From positions 45,153 to 109,152 of the forward strand of contig JAJZHW010000005.1 in the NCBI GenBank assembly GCA_021810805.1: a stretch of 64,000 bases of DNA. Direction: 5' to 3'. The stretch's first letter is position 1, and each line of letters opens with the position of its first letter. The translations under genes and the position numbers were made by a program. The stretch comes from Nitrospirota bacterium. GTDB taxonomy: Bacteria; Nitrospirota; Leptospirillia; Leptospirillales; Leptospirillaceae. Below the pieces are notes generated by a model. The model had not been told where the DNA came from. It saw only the letters and a list, made by a program, of their open reading frames with translations, and made no database searches. Positions 27,386-37,086 of this stretch are shown piece after piece.

Positions 27386-27948
27386 GGGCGAGAAGAACCC
27401 GAAAAGAGCGGGGCCAAGAGCGGGATCCGGGAAAGGGTCCGAACGACGAGCATTCCTGTGGCCACCCCGATAAGGGCCCCCCCCATCACATCAAAGGGGT
27501 AGTGAACGCCAAGGTAGAGGCGGGAGTATCCCACGAGGGTCGCGAAAAGAAAGGCATAGGGGGTGGCCCGGGGGTAGATCATCGAAATGATCGTCGCCTC
27601 GCAGAAGATGTTGACGGCATGGCTCGAGGGGAAGCTGTAGGAGTCGGAGCATCCCAGGGGGAGATGGGCCGGCGTCTCGGCATGGCAAGGGCGGGTCCGA
27701 TGAAAGAGGGACTTGAGAAGACGGCTGGCCAGAGGGTCCGAGAGAGCCACTCCGATCCCCGCGGAGAGGATGAGGGCCCGGCCCCGGCCCCCTCCCCACA
27801 AAAGAAGAAAAAAGAGGGCGACGGCCAGGCCGACCGCAAAGTTCTCCGGACGGGTCACAAAAATAAAAAAAGCGTTCAGCCAGGGCGGATGGGGGGCGTA
27901 GAGGATCGCGTGATAGAGGGAGAGATCAAGAGCGGCAAGACCGTTCAT
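27382..27948 (-). CDS. PAP2-family membrane phosphatase (LpxE/LpxF-like candidate)
   Basis: 188 aa; three PAP2 motifs: [31 protein letters not shown] overlap with the cysE stop. Confidence 0.8.
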   Translation of the reverse strand: MNGLAALDLSLYHAILYAPHPPWLNAFFIFVTRPENFAVGLAVALFFLLLWGGGRGRALILSAGIGVALSDPLASRLLKSLFHRTRPCHAETPAHLPLGCSDSYSFPSSHAVNIFCEATIISMIYPRATPYAFLFATLVGYSRLYLGVHYPFDVMGGALIGVATGMLVVRTLSRIPLLAPLFSGSSRP

Positions 27949-28664
27949 TCCGGAGTGTCGGCTCCGGAGGATTTCTTGAGTTGGCGAAGCTCATCTGTGA
28001 GGCGGGCCACGGTCTTCTCGAGCTGCTCAAGCCTTTCCTGGTTGGGGTCGGGCATGTCCTGGTGGTTCAGGGTCCACTCGGGGTATCCCGGCTCCTTGCT
28101 CCGGACGACTCGCCCGGGGATCCCCACCACGGTCGAGTGGGGCGGGATCGAGCGAAGGACCACGGCATTCGATCCCACCCGGGCCCCCTCCCCGATCGTC
28201 ACATTCCCCAGAACCTTGGCGCCGGCTCCCACCAGAACATGGTTCCCCAGGGTGGGGTGGCGCTTTCGTCCCTTTTCCTTGCCGGTTCCCCCGAGGCTGA
28301 CTCCCTGGTAGAGGGTGACCTCCTCCCCGATGACGGTCGTCTCTCCGATGACCACCCCCATCCCGTGGTCGATGAAGAATCCGGCGCCGATGGTTGCGGC
28401 CGGATGGATCTCGACACCGGTGAGAAAGCGGGCGAGGAGGGAGAGAAGTCGCGCGGCCAGCGTCAGGCGGCGACAGTAGAGGGCATGGGCCAGGCGATAG
28501 AGAACCACCGCATGAAATCCCGGATAGGTCAGAAGTACCGTCCAGCGGCTCCGGGCGGCCGGATCGCGTTCGAAGACCGCTCGAAAATCTCGCGAAAGAG
28601 TTGCCCGAAAGGAGACGGGACGGCTCTGGGTGGCCCCTTCGGCGGAGGCGCAGGCCCGGCTCAT
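27945..28664 (-). CDS. cysE: Serine O-acetyltransferase
   Basis: DPAARS...[15 protein letters not shown]...[31 protein letters not shown]...[21 protein letters not shown] 28664 lies in an ATGA overlap with the ispF stop. The upstream part of the 355-aa ORF is out-of-frame ispF sequence. Confidence 0.88.
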   Translation of the reverse strand: MSRACASAEGATQSRPVSFRATLSRDFRAVFERDPAARSRWTVLLTYPGFHAVVLYRLAHALYCRRLTLAARLLSLLARFLTGVEIHPAATIGAGFFIDHGMGVVIGETTVIGEEVTLYQGVSLGGTGKEKGRKRHPTLGNHVLVGAGAKVLGNVTIGEGARVGSNAVVLRSIPPHSTVVGIPGRVVRSKEPGYPEWTLNHQDMPDPNQERLEQLEKTVARLTDELRQLKKSSGADTPE

Positions 28665-29146
28665 GTCTCGGCCACCCTCAAAACGGTGGCCACTGCCCAG
28701 ACGGCGATGCCCTCTTCCCGTCCGGTGAATCCCAGGCGCTCGGTGGTTGTGGCCTTGATGGAGACGTCTTCGCTCCCCACCCCCAGACAGGAGGAGAGCT
28801 CGGCCGTCATCGCGGCAATATGAGGGGAGATCCGGGGGCGCTCCGCCAAAATCGTGATGTCCACCTGGTGGGGGCGATATCCCCGGGACTTTAGAAGCCC
28901 CGTCACCTCCCGCAGGAAGAACCGGCTGTCCTTGCCCTTGTAGCGGGGGTCCGAAGGGGGAAAGTGGTGGCCGATGTCCCCCAGCGCCAAGGTCCCCAGA
29001 AGGGCATCGCAAAGGGCGTGTATGACGGCATCGGCATCGGAATGGCCGTCGAGACCCCGGTCATGGGGAATTGTGACGCCGCCCAGCACGAGGGGCCGGC
29101 CTTCCTTGAAGGGATGAACGTCGACCCCCTGCCCGACACGAATCAT
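28661..29146 (-). CDS. ispF: 2-C-methyl-D-erythritol 2,4-cyclodiphosphate synthase
   Basis: [13 protein letters not shown]...[18 protein letters not shown]...[12 protein letters not shown]. Confidence 0.93.
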   Translation of the reverse strand: MIRVGQGVDVHPFKEGRPLVLGGVTIPHDRGLDGHSDADAVIHALCDALLGTLALGDIGHHFPPSDPRYKGKDSRFFLREVTGLLKSRGYRPHQVDITILAERPRISPHIAAMTAELSSCLGVGSEDVSIKATTTERLGFTGREEGIAVWAVATVLRVAET

Positions 29147-29273
29147 TTCCAGGAATTCCTTTCGTCAATGTGGTGGGCAAAGAGATGAAGGCGTTTGAAG
29201 AAATGGGCTCGAAGGAGTTCCTCGCCCCGGCTCTTTCGCACCTGAACAGAAAATTCAACTTAAAATGATGGAG

Positions 29274-29969
29274 CTAAAGCGAAAGATCCTCCGGCCGCGT
29301 GATCTTCCTGTTGCGCCCGGATCCCAGAACAAGATGGAACGGGATCCCCGCTCCGAGGAAGAGGCTGGCCTCATCGGTAAATTCTCGTTCTTTGAGACGG
29401 GCCTGGTCAAGAGCCCCCAGAAAAAGATCCCGGGGACCGCCCTGGGGCGTCTGGGCGGCGACCATGCGCTCCCGGGGGACGATCTCGGCCACCTGAACAT
29501 GAGATCCTTCCCCCGTCTCGGTTCGCCACAGGGTATCGGCCACCGGAACCCCCACTCCCACCGCCTTCCCCTCTCCCAGAGCCCGGATGGTCTCGGCCAG
29601 GATCTCCGGGGCGAGAAAGGGGCGGGCAGCATCGTGGACAAGGGCCCCGAAGAGCTCCGGGAAGCGATCGAAAAGAAGACGCACTCCCCGATCGACGGTG
29701 TCCTGGCGACGAGCCCCTCCCACGAAGACATCGAGGCGGCCCGAGGCGATCCTGTCGGGATAGGCCGCCGCAAGGTCCCCTTTGACCTTGTCGGCATAGG
29801 CCGCCGGCATCCCGATGGCGATGGCCCCCACCTCGGAGCTGTCCAGAAAGGGAAGAAGAGCCTTGCGGTAGACGGGGAGGCCATCGATCTCGAGGAACTG
29901 CTTGGGAACCGGGGCTCCCATGCGAAGCCCCTGCCCACCCGCCGCCAGAACGACGCCGACCCTTATCAC
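29274..29969 (-). CDS. ispD: 2-C-methyl-D-erythritol 4-phosphate cytidylyltransferase
   Basis: VVLAAGGQGLRMG...PKQFLEI...VHDAARPF. GTG start in a GTGA overlap with the upstream stop. Confidence 0.9.
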   Translation of the reverse strand: MIRVGVVLAAGGQGLRMGAPVPKQFLEIDGLPVYRKALLPFLDSSEVGAIAIGMPAAYADKVKGDLAAAYPDRIASGRLDVFVGGARRQDTVDRGVRLLFDRFPELFGALVHDAARPFLAPEILAETIRALGEGKAVGVGVPVADTLWRTETGEGSHVQVAEIVPRERMVAAQTPQGGPRDLFLGALDQARLKEREFTDEASLFLGAGIPFHLVLGSGRNRKITRPEDLSL

Positions 29970-31015
29970 GAGGATCCGTCCCTCGAGGGGGTTCCTTCGT
30001 CATGCTCCCGGATCCGCCCGAAGATCATCCTTCCGGCCGAGGTCTGCAGGACGCTCGTGACGACGACATCGACATTTTTTCCGATGAGCCGGCGGCTGTT
30101 GTCCACGACGATCATGGTTCCGTCTTCGAGATAGCCGACGGCCTGGCCCGGCTCCTTTCCGTCCTTGATGAGGAAGACCCGCATGATTTCCCCGGGGAGG
30201 ACGACCGGCTTGACGGCATTGGCCAGATCGTTGATGTTGAGGACCCGAACCCCCTGGAGTTCGGCCACCTTGTTCAGATTGAGGTCGTTGGTAATGATCA
30301 CCGCCTTCATGCGTCGCCCCAGGGCCACAAGCTTGGAGTCGACCTCCCGGATGTGGGGAAAGTCGTCGTCGGTGATTTCGATCTTGATGCCGGCGGTGGT
30401 GCGCATGCGCTGGAGGATGTCGAGGCCCCGGCGTCCCCGGGTGCGCTTCATGGTGTCGGGAGAGTCGGCGATGAACTGAAGCTCGTGGATGACGAACTGG
30501 GGAACGGTGAAGATGCCTTCGGCAAAGCCGGTCACGGCGATATCCGCGATGCGGCCGTCGATGATGACGCTGGTGTCCAGAAGCTTTGGTGGAACCGCCC
30601 GATACCCTTCGAGCCAGAAGGAGAGAAAGGAGCCGGCATACTGGAACTCCCGTCCGGCCCGGATGCCCACGATCATCCCGAAATATCCCATGATGAGGCC
30701 GACGAAGACGTCGAGGGGGGCGGTCTGCTCCAGGGTCATGTGGAAGAGGGAGCCTGTGGAGTAGGTCAGAACGCCGGCGGCGATCAGCCCTCCGTAGAGG
30801 CCGATGATCCCGCCCAGCATGATCCGCAGGGGAACCTTCCGGAAGAGGTACTGGAGAAAGAGGGCGGATCCCCCCACAGCCATGCCGATCCCCAGCCCCA
30901 CGGGCCAAGGGTCATCCCGGATCCCGGAAAAGACATAGATGCCGGCGGTGGCGGTGACGACCAGAAAAAACATCTGGGTCATTGTGGATCGGTTCATCTT
31001 CAAGGGGAACTCCAA
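29966..31015 (-). CDS. yacL: Membrane-anchored PIN + TRAM domain protein (YacL family)
   Basis: Four N-terminal TM helices, a PIN core (KLLDTSVIIDGRI...ITNDLNL) and a C-terminal TRAM (VVTSVLQTSAGRMIFG). The start may be ATG 30997 or 30982 rather than TTG 31015. Confidence 0.8.
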   Translation of the reverse strand: MEFPLKMNRSTMTQMFFLVVTATAGIYVFSGIRDDPWPVGLGIGMAVGGSALFLQYLFRKVPLRIMLGGIIGLYGGLIAAGVLTYSTGSLFHMTLEQTAPLDVFVGLIMGYFGMIVGIRAGREFQYAGSFLSFWLEGYRAVPPKLLDTSVIIDGRIADIAVTGFAEGIFTVPQFVIHELQFIADSPDTMKRTRGRRGLDILQRMRTTAGIKIEITDDDFPHIREVDSKLVALGRRMKAVIITNDLNLNKVAELQGVRVLNINDLANAVKPVVLPGEIMRVFLIKDGKEPGQAVGYLEDGTMIVVDNSRRLIGKNVDVVVTSVLQTSAGRMIFGRIREHDEGTPSRDGSS

Positions 31016-31022
31016 AGCAAGG

Positions 31023-32345
31023 CTAGCGATGGCGTCCGAAAACGGGAACGGAATGGAGAACGGACTTTTTCTGTTGTCCCGGACCGATTTGCTCTTCCGT
31101 GACGAGAACGTAGGCCATGATCAGCATGAAGAGAAGCGAAAAGGAGCCTCCCCACATGGGATGGGCCAGACCGGCGATCAAGAGATTGAGGAGAAATCCC
31201 ACGGTCATCCCCTTGAGGAGCCGCACCGTCTCCGACGGATCCTTGTCCCGAAGGATCCGCCCCGACCAGAAAAAGAGAATCAGGGCAAAGGAAAGAACCC
31301 CCAGAAGGCCGTACTCCCCCAGAAGGTTGAAAAAGAGATTGTGGCCATGGGAGGCAAAACCCGGAAGGTTGTAGATCTTGTGGATGTTGGCCATCTGGAA
31401 GGTGTCCGGTCCCACTCCGAGGAGCGGCCGGTCGTGGAAGATCCGGATGGCCCCGGCCCAGGCCTCGTAGCGGCTGGTGAAGGATCCGTCCTGGGTCGGG
31501 GAGATCGCCGAGGCCATCTCCCAACGGAGGTGGGGGGAAAGAAAATACAGGATCCCGGCCCCTGCCGACATGGAGGCGAGGATCCCACCCAGAATCTTCC
31601 ACTGTCGCCCGATGAGGAGGATGGCGGCCGAGGCCACGGGAAGGGAGATCAGGAAGGCCCGGGAATGGCAAAGGACAAGACTTGCCGCGACCAGAAGGAG
31701 GACCGGCAGGAAAAATCTCCAGGTGAGCCCCGAGAGCTTGGGAAGGGTCCATGCGCCCAGAAAAAGGAGAAAGGCGGTGGAGAGAAACTGGGCCGAGGAG
31801 TTCTTGTCCCCGAGGTTCATCATCTCCATATTGGGATCGGCCAGAGCGATCATTTTGTAGAGCCCGACGGCGGCTCCCGCTCCGATCCCTGAGGCCAGCG
31901 CCAGGAGGGCGATCCGGAGGGTGCGGGCGCGGTCAGAGAAAATGAAAAAGGCTCCGGCGAACACCACCCAGGACATGAGGGTCTCAAAGTCTCCCCAGAA
32001 CCCCCGGAAGGCCTGGAAGGTATTGATGGAGGCAATGGCGGAGAAGAGCGACGACAGCGTGAAGAGGAGGACCGGAAGTCCCAGGATCAGGATTCGGGGA
32101 AGCGGCTCCAAGGCGCGATCGCGAAGATGGAGCAGAATCAGCAGAAAGGAGAGGACGAGAAAGATTTCCTTGAGGGCCTCGGAGAAGGGGAGGTTAAAGA
32201 CGAAGACAAAAAAGAGGAGGTAGAACACCTTTTCGTCGAGAAGTCTTGACATGAAGTGGCTCACGGGGTCTCCGGGAAAATCGGTGGATTCTTGGGTCGG
32301 GGACTTTGCCCCTCCTGGCCGGGGGAAGAAGCGGCTCCTGCTCAC
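31023..32345 (-). CDS. O-antigen ligase / Wzy_C-family polytopic membrane protein
   Basis: About 10 TM segments; ...SRAFLISL..., RYEAWAGAIRIFHDRPLLGVGPDTF, HGHNLFFNLLGEYGLLG. The start may be the internal MSRLLDEK. Confidence 0.75.
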   Translation of the reverse strand: MSRSRFFPRPGGAKSPTQESTDFPGDPVSHFMSRLLDEKVFYLLFFVFVFNLPFSEALKEIFLVLSFLLILLHLRDRALEPLPRILILGLPVLLFTLSSLFSAIASINTFQAFRGFWGDFETLMSWVVFAGAFFIFSDRARTLRIALLALASGIGAGAAVGLYKMIALADPNMEMMNLGDKNSSAQFLSTAFLLFLGAWTLPKLSGLTWRFFLPVLLLVAASLVLCHSRAFLISLPVASAAILLIGRQWKILGGILASMSAGAGILYFLSPHLRWEMASAISPTQDGSFTSRYEAWAGAIRIFHDRPLLGVGPDTFQMANIHKIYNLPGFASHGHNLFFNLLGEYGLLGVLSFALILFFWSGRILRDKDPSETVRLLKGMTVGFLLNLLIAGLAHPMWGGSFSLLFMLIMAYVLVTEEQIGPGQQKKSVLHSVPVFGRHR

Positions 32346-33160
32346 TCTTGCAAAGAACTGCCAAAAGAGTGTCCTTCCTTCTCTTTTCGGCGAAAAAATT
32401 CCAAGGCAACACTATACCCGATTTCATAGATTTCTTCTATCGAGGAGAGCGAAAAAAGGGGGTGCCGTCCTGTCGGAACAAGAATCGTCATGTCGGCAAA
32501 GGATCTTTCCAAAAGAGACGCTCTCGCCACCGAGAGCCAGAGGGGTCCGGTGGCCATCGTCCACCAGTTCTCGCGGAACCGGGAGCCTTCCCTCCCCTTC
32601 TCTCCGGGATAGACATTCACGTCGACGGCAATCACAGGCCGGTCGGGATAGAGGCGTCGGGCCTCCCGGGCGGGAAGAATCGAGAGAACCCCCCCGTCGA
32701 GATAGTCCATTCCGCCGATCGTGACCGGGGTAAAAAGCGGAGGGAGGGCGGAGCTGGCCGCCACGGCAGGAGCAATCTCCCCTTCGGAGAGAGTTTCGAG
32801 GGTCCGCCGGCTCCAGTTGGTGGCCACGGCATGGAGCGGAACGGGAAGCTCCTCGAATCGCTTTCGGGGAAGCGCCTCGTCGAGGAGCTCAGAAATCCGC
32901 TCCCCGGAGAAAATCCCCCGGCGGGAGAAGGCAAATCGAAGGATCCGACGGGGTGTCAACTCCCGAACGAGGGCAAGGGGGCGGGCTGTGGTACAATCCC
33001 ATGACGCATAGAGGGCTCCGGCCAGAGCTCCCGCGCTGGTGGCCACGATCGCCTGTGGGCGGATCCCCCTCTCTTCCATCGCGGCAAGGACCCCGAGATG
33101 GGCCACCCCCCGGGCCGCGCCCCCGGAGAGGACGAGCACGGGGCGATTGTCCATGTTCAA
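32342..33160 (-). CDS. Patatin-like phospholipase
   Basis: LVLSGGAARGVAHLGV (oxyanion GGxR), ATSAG (GxSxG) and YLDGG (catalytic Asp). Confidence 0.85.
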   Translation of the reverse strand: MNMDNRPVLVLSGGAARGVAHLGVLAAMEERGIRPQAIVATSAGALAGALYASWDCTTARPLALVRELTPRRILRFAFSRRGIFSGERISELLDEALPRKRFEELPVPLHAVATNWSRRTLETLSEGEIAPAVAASSALPPLFTPVTIGGMDYLDGGVLSILPAREARRLYPDRPVIAVDVNVYPGEKGREGSRFRENWWTMATGPLWLSVARASLLERSFADMTILVPTGRHPLFSLSSIEEIYEIGYSVALEFFRRKEKEGHSFGSSLQE

Positions 33161-33226
33161 CGGTCAGATTCCTCCTTAGGGATTGATCCCAGGGATATTG
33201 TTTCATTTCGACGAGGTTACAGGGCG

Positions 33227-34612
33227 ATGAGTCACCACCCTTCGATGACAAGAGCGGAGATCCTCCGCTCCGACCGTGAAAATCTTTGGCACCCCTTTGC
33301 CGACATGGCCCGATGGGAGCGGGAGGACCCTCCCGTCATCGGGTCGGGCGAGGGCGTCTGGCTGACCGATATGAATGGCCACCGCATGCTCGACGGCACC
33401 GCCTCTCTCTGGGTCAACCTTCTGGGCCATCGCCGCCCCGAGCTGGACCGGGCACTTCTCGACCAGGCGGGCCTTATTGCCCACTCCACCTTCCTGGGGG
33501 CCACCCATGAGGGGGCCGTCCTTCTCGGGGAGAAGCTCCTCTCTCTCGCCCCTCCCGGACTGAGCCGTGTCTTCTATTCCGACAACGGGTCGACCGCCGT
33601 GGAGATCGCCATGAAGCTGGCCTTTCTGGCCGCGAAACACCGCGCGAAAAAAAGAGGGCAGAGCCCCCCCTCCCGATTTCTCTCGCTGGAGCGAGGCTAT
33701 CACGGAGATACCCTTGGGGCGGTCGGGGCTGGCGCCATCGAACGCTTCCATGCCGTCTTCGGTCCCCTCGTGCGCCCCTCCATCACCGCCCCGGCTCCCG
33801 ACTGCGCGCATTGCCCCCTGGGTCTTGTGAGACCGGGGTGCGATCTGGCCTGCGCCGACGTGGCGGTCGACCGGATTCGGGCGCACCGGGATGAGCTGGT
33901 GGCCGTCCTGGTCGAACCCCTTCTCCAGGCGGCAGGGGGGATGATCGTCTGGCCCAAGGGATATCTGGCCCGTCTGGCCCAGGGGGCACGGAGCGAAGGG
34001 ATCCTCTTCGTTGCCGACGAGGTGGCCACCGGCTTCGGCCGGACCGGAACCCTCTTCGCCTGCGAGCAGGAGGGGGTGATCCCCGACCTTCTGGTTGTGG
34101 GCAAGGCCCTCACCGGGGGATACCTGCCTCTGGCGGCGACCCTTTGTACGGAGAGGATCTACCGGGCGGTGAGGGAGGATCCCGGAACCTTTTACCACGG
34201 CCACAGCTACACGGCCAATCCGTTGGCCTGCCGGGTGGCCCTGGCCACGCTGGAGGTTCTCGAACGGGAGAAGCTCCTGGCCTCAATTCCGGAGAAGAGG
34301 GCCCGCATCGAAAGGGAGTGGGGTCCTCTGTCCCGCCATCCCGGAGTGAGGAATATCCGCACTCTGGGACTGGTGGCCGCCTTCGACCTCCGACCCCCTT
34401 CCCCTGGGTCTGCGTTCGCGAATGGCGGGGCAGCCCTCTTGGAGTGGACGCGCCGGATCGGCGAGAGGACCCGGGAGCGAGGGCTCCTGATCCGCCCCCT
34501 GGGTCCCACGCTCTATCTCATTCCGGCACTTTCAGCGACGGTGGAGGAGTGCGGGATCATGGCCCGGATCCTTCGGGAGACGGTGGAGTCGGCTCTCTCC
34601 ACCTCGCCATAG
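33227..34612 (+). CDS. bioA: Adenosylmethionine--8-amino-7-oxononanoate aminotransferase
   Basis: NLWHPFADM...VWLTDMNGHRMLDGTASLWVNLLGH...FYSDNGSTAVEIAMK...ADEVATGFGRTG...LVVGKALTGGY. Start chosen at ATG 33227. Confidence 0.85.
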   Translation: MSHHPSMTRAEILRSDRENLWHPFADMARWEREDPPVIGSGEGVWLTDMNGHRMLDGTASLWVNLLGHRRPELDRALLDQAGLIAHSTFLGATHEGAVLLGEKLLSLAPPGLSRVFYSDNGSTAVEIAMKLAFLAAKHRAKKRGQSPPSRFLSLERGYHGDTLGAVGAGAIERFHAVFGPLVRPSITAPAPDCAHCPLGLVRPGCDLACADVAVDRIRAHRDELVAVLVEPLLQAAGGMIVWPKGYLARLAQGARSEGILFVADEVATGFGRTGTLFACEQEGVIPDLLVVGKALTGGYLPLAATLCTERIYRAVREDPGTFYHGHSYTANPLACRVALATLEVLEREKLLASIPEKRARIEREWGPLSRHPGVRNIRTLGLVAAFDLRPPSPGSAFANGGAALLEWTRRIGERTRERGLLIRPLGPTLYLIPALSATVEECGIMARILRETVESALSTSP

Positions 34613-34636
34613 TGTTGGGCAAGTCCCCGCAATTCT

Positions 34637-35539
34637 ATGGTAAGATATCCCGGTGTAAAAAGCGTTCCCCCTGTGATGTTGCTCCCCTTCCCCCGTCTTC
34701 CGAAAGGACTCCGCGTGCCCTTTTTTTTCTCCCGTCTTTTCATCCCTCTCCCCTTTTTCCTCGCTTTCATCATTGGTCCGACCTTTCTCCAGACTGCCCA
34801 AGCTGACCAGCAGGCTCTCGTCTTTACGGTGGTCGCCACCAAGACCCCCAAGGCAGGTGAGGCCGATCATTCGGTCCACCGGATCACCTATACGATCGCG
34901 GCCGATGCCATGCGCATCGACTCGCCCGGCCCCGACGGAAATCGGAGCTATATCTGGAACCTCGCCACCCGAACGGTGGCAGCATTGAACAACGACAAGA
35001 AGACCTACCACTCGGACAGCCTCGACAAGATCATGGGATTCGTCGACTTCTCCCAGCTCCTGGGGCAATATGCCGGGAACAACCCCAAGGATCGGGTGAT
35101 CGAAGGCACCACCCCGCGAACAGTGGCAGGGGTGGCCTGCATCGACCGCACCATCCTCCATCGCTTCAAGGGGCGGGTCGTGGGCATGGTGAACGGCGAC
35201 CAGAAGATCGTGCTCTGCCAGGCCCGGACCTTTCCGGGAAGCGATCTTTACGGATCCTTCCAGCAGGCGCTCTCCCGTCTCGCAGCAAAAAACTCCCCCA
35301 AGAGCTCCTCCCCCCTTCCCGGCATCTCCCCTCTTTCGCTAGAAACGGTCCGGACGACGGACTACTCGAAGGGCTTTCTGGTGAAGATCCTGTCGGCGCT
35401 CCACCTCTACGACAGCTCGCGGATTCCGGTGCGCACCCGGGAGCGGGAGGCGGTGGACTCCCTCTCCGTTCAGACAGTTCCTGACGGAACCTTCGCGATT
35501 CCCCCCTCCTACCGGAAGGAAGCCCCTTCCGGAAAATGA
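34637..35539 (+). CDS. Hypothetical secreted protein
   Basis: 300 aa; hydrophobic N-terminal signal ending TAQA-DQ; no motif I can name. ATGA overlap with the next gene. Confidence 0.5.
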   Translation: MVRYPGVKSVPPVMLLPFPRLPKGLRVPFFFSRLFIPLPFFLAFIIGPTFLQTAQADQQALVFTVVATKTPKAGEADHSVHRITYTIAADAMRIDSPGPDGNRSYIWNLATRTVAALNNDKKTYHSDSLDKIMGFVDFSQLLGQYAGNNPKDRVIEGTTPRTVAGVACIDRTILHRFKGRVVGMVNGDQKIVLCQARTFPGSDLYGSFQQALSRLAAKNSPKSSSPLPGISPLSLETVRTTDYSKGFLVKILSALHLYDSSRIPVRTREREAVDSLSVQTVPDGTFAIPPSYRKEAPSGK

Positions 35540-36411
35540 TCGTCCGAAGGCCGATTCTTCTGGGGAATCCCCAGGCGGGCCCGCCAAGAGCCCGCCGGAG
35601 ACTCCCTCTCATCGAGAGGGCCTTTCTCGAGTTCTTCCCCGAAGGGCGGATGTTTCGCTCCTCCCCTTCTTTCGCTGACCTTCAGGAATCCGATCTTCTC
35701 GTCGTCTACGGAGGCGACGGAACCTTGGCTCGGCTCCTTAGCTTGCCCCTGCCGAACAACCTGCCCCTTCTTCTTCTTCCCGGAGGAACCGGAAATGTCC
35801 TCTCCCGATACCTCGGGGTTCCCTTCGATCCGGAAAATCCCGGAGAGATCTTCCGGAGGCTCGGAAGCGCCCTTCCCCTGCCTTTTTTTCCGGGAGTGGC
35901 CGGCGAGGTGAGATTTTGCCTGATGGCGGGGGCGGGATGGGATGGGGTCGCGGCGAGGAGGGTTCGGGGAAAAGAACGTCTCGGCTTCCTCTCCTACTAC
36001 CTCGCCGGTGTCTCCGCCGTCTTCGCCCGTCGCCTGCCCGCCATGAGCCTGAAAATCCAGGGAAAAAATGGCCAGGAGATCGTTCGGGATGGGGCAATCT
36101 GGGTTTTGGTTTCTTGCCTTCCCCCCTACTTTGGGCCCTTTCGGGTCCCGGGAGCCGGAGAAGCGGGAGGGGATCCCTTCATGGTCACCCTTGTCCGTCG
36201 TTCGGGGCTCAGGGTTCCCGGAGCCTTCCTCGAGATGCTTCCCGGCATGGGCGCGGGGCTCTTCTCCGAGCGGATCCCCGCCCGACAGATTGATCTTTTT
36301 CCCGAGGATCCCTGGAAAGACGATCTTCCCTGTCAGGCCGACGGGGAGGCCATCCCCTCCTTTTCCCGGGTGGGGCTCTCCCGGGATTCCGTCACCCTTC
36401 TGCGCTTCTGA
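35536..36411 (+). CDS. Diacylglycerol-kinase-family lipid kinase (YegS/LCB5-like)
   Basis: LLVVYGGDGTLARLL and LLLLPGGTGNVLSRYLG motifs. Confidence 0.8.
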   Translation: MIVRRPILLGNPQAGPPRARRRLPLIERAFLEFFPEGRMFRSSPSFADLQESDLLVVYGGDGTLARLLSLPLPNNLPLLLLPGGTGNVLSRYLGVPFDPENPGEIFRRLGSALPLPFFPGVAGEVRFCLMAGAGWDGVAARRVRGKERLGFLSYYLAGVSAVFARRLPAMSLKIQGKNGQEIVRDGAIWVLVSCLPPYFGPFRVPGAGEAGGDPFMVTLVRRSGLRVPGAFLEMLPGMGAGLFSERIPARQIDLFPEDPWKDDLPCQADGEAIPSFSRVGLSRDSVTLLRF

Positions 36412-36484
36412 GCGGCAGAGACTCCCTTCCGACGCTTCCCTCTCATAAAAGTGATACGCCCGATCGCTCTCCCCGGCCCCATCA

Positions 36485-36524
36485 TAAAAAACTGAAAAAA
36501 ACCCAGATTTTCTGATCAATCTGG
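36485..36524 (-). terminator. Candidate Rho-independent terminator reading on the minus strand
   Basis: Minus strand: CCAGATT-gatcagaa-AATCTGG followed by GTTTTTTTCAGTTTTTTA. The 7-bp stem is only moderately GC-rich. Confidence 0.45.
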
Positions 36525-36617
36525 AGGCAAAAACGGAGAAAGAGTTGAAGAGAGAGGATCGATCCGTTAAAGTCAAAGGAAAGATCCCGATTCCGAGAAC
36601 CGTTTTGTGGAGGCGCC

Positions 36618-37046
36618 TTGGCGGAGACGAATCGTTTTGGGCATCATGGGGCAACTGTGCCCCCGCAGTCTTTCTGGCAGGCTCTTGCCGGCAAGGCCAG
36701 ACGCGCCTTCCTCTGTCTCTTTCGCCCCTCCTATGTCCGGATGTCCCTAAAGCGGCGGGAGGGGGAGTGCGACATGTGCGGCAAATGCTGTCGCATCGCC
36801 TTCGACTGTCCCTTTCTGGAAATCCACGAGACCCATGCACGATGCCGCATCTACCATCTCGGGCGGCCGACCCCCTGCCAGGCCTTTCCCATAGACCCCC
36901 GCGACCTTCGCGATGTGGGGGGAGACTGCACCTTCCGTTTTTCCGAGCCCCCCTCCCCGGTCCGGGCCCCGGAGGGAGAGCTCCCGGTCTGGAACCCTTC
37001 CCCTCTGGCCTATCCCGGAGCCATGGAGGAGGCCGAAGAAGGCTGA
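36618..37046 (+). CDS. YkgJ-family (CxxCxxCC) cysteine-cluster protein
   Basis: CDMCGKCC...CPFL...CRIYHLGRPTPCQAFP matches the UPF0153/YkgJ pattern. The start may be the internal MSLKRREGE. Confidence 0.75.
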   Translation: MAETNRFGHHGATVPPQSFWQALAGKARRAFLCLFRPSYVRMSLKRREGECDMCGKCCRIAFDCPFLEIHETHARCRIYHLGRPTPCQAFPIDPRDLRDVGGDCTFRFSEPPSPVRAPEGELPVWNPSPLAYPGAMEEAEEG

Positions 37047-37086
37047 ACGGTTCGAAAGGTCTCCCCTATGGGATTTGTGTCACGCC

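Noticed and set aside
27945-28664. cysE as an LPS O-acetyltransferase because of its position in the envelope cluster
   Set aside because: The full serine acetyltransferase N-terminal helical domain and active-site hexapeptide region are present. The position is explained by the conserved yacL-ispDF-cysE synteny.
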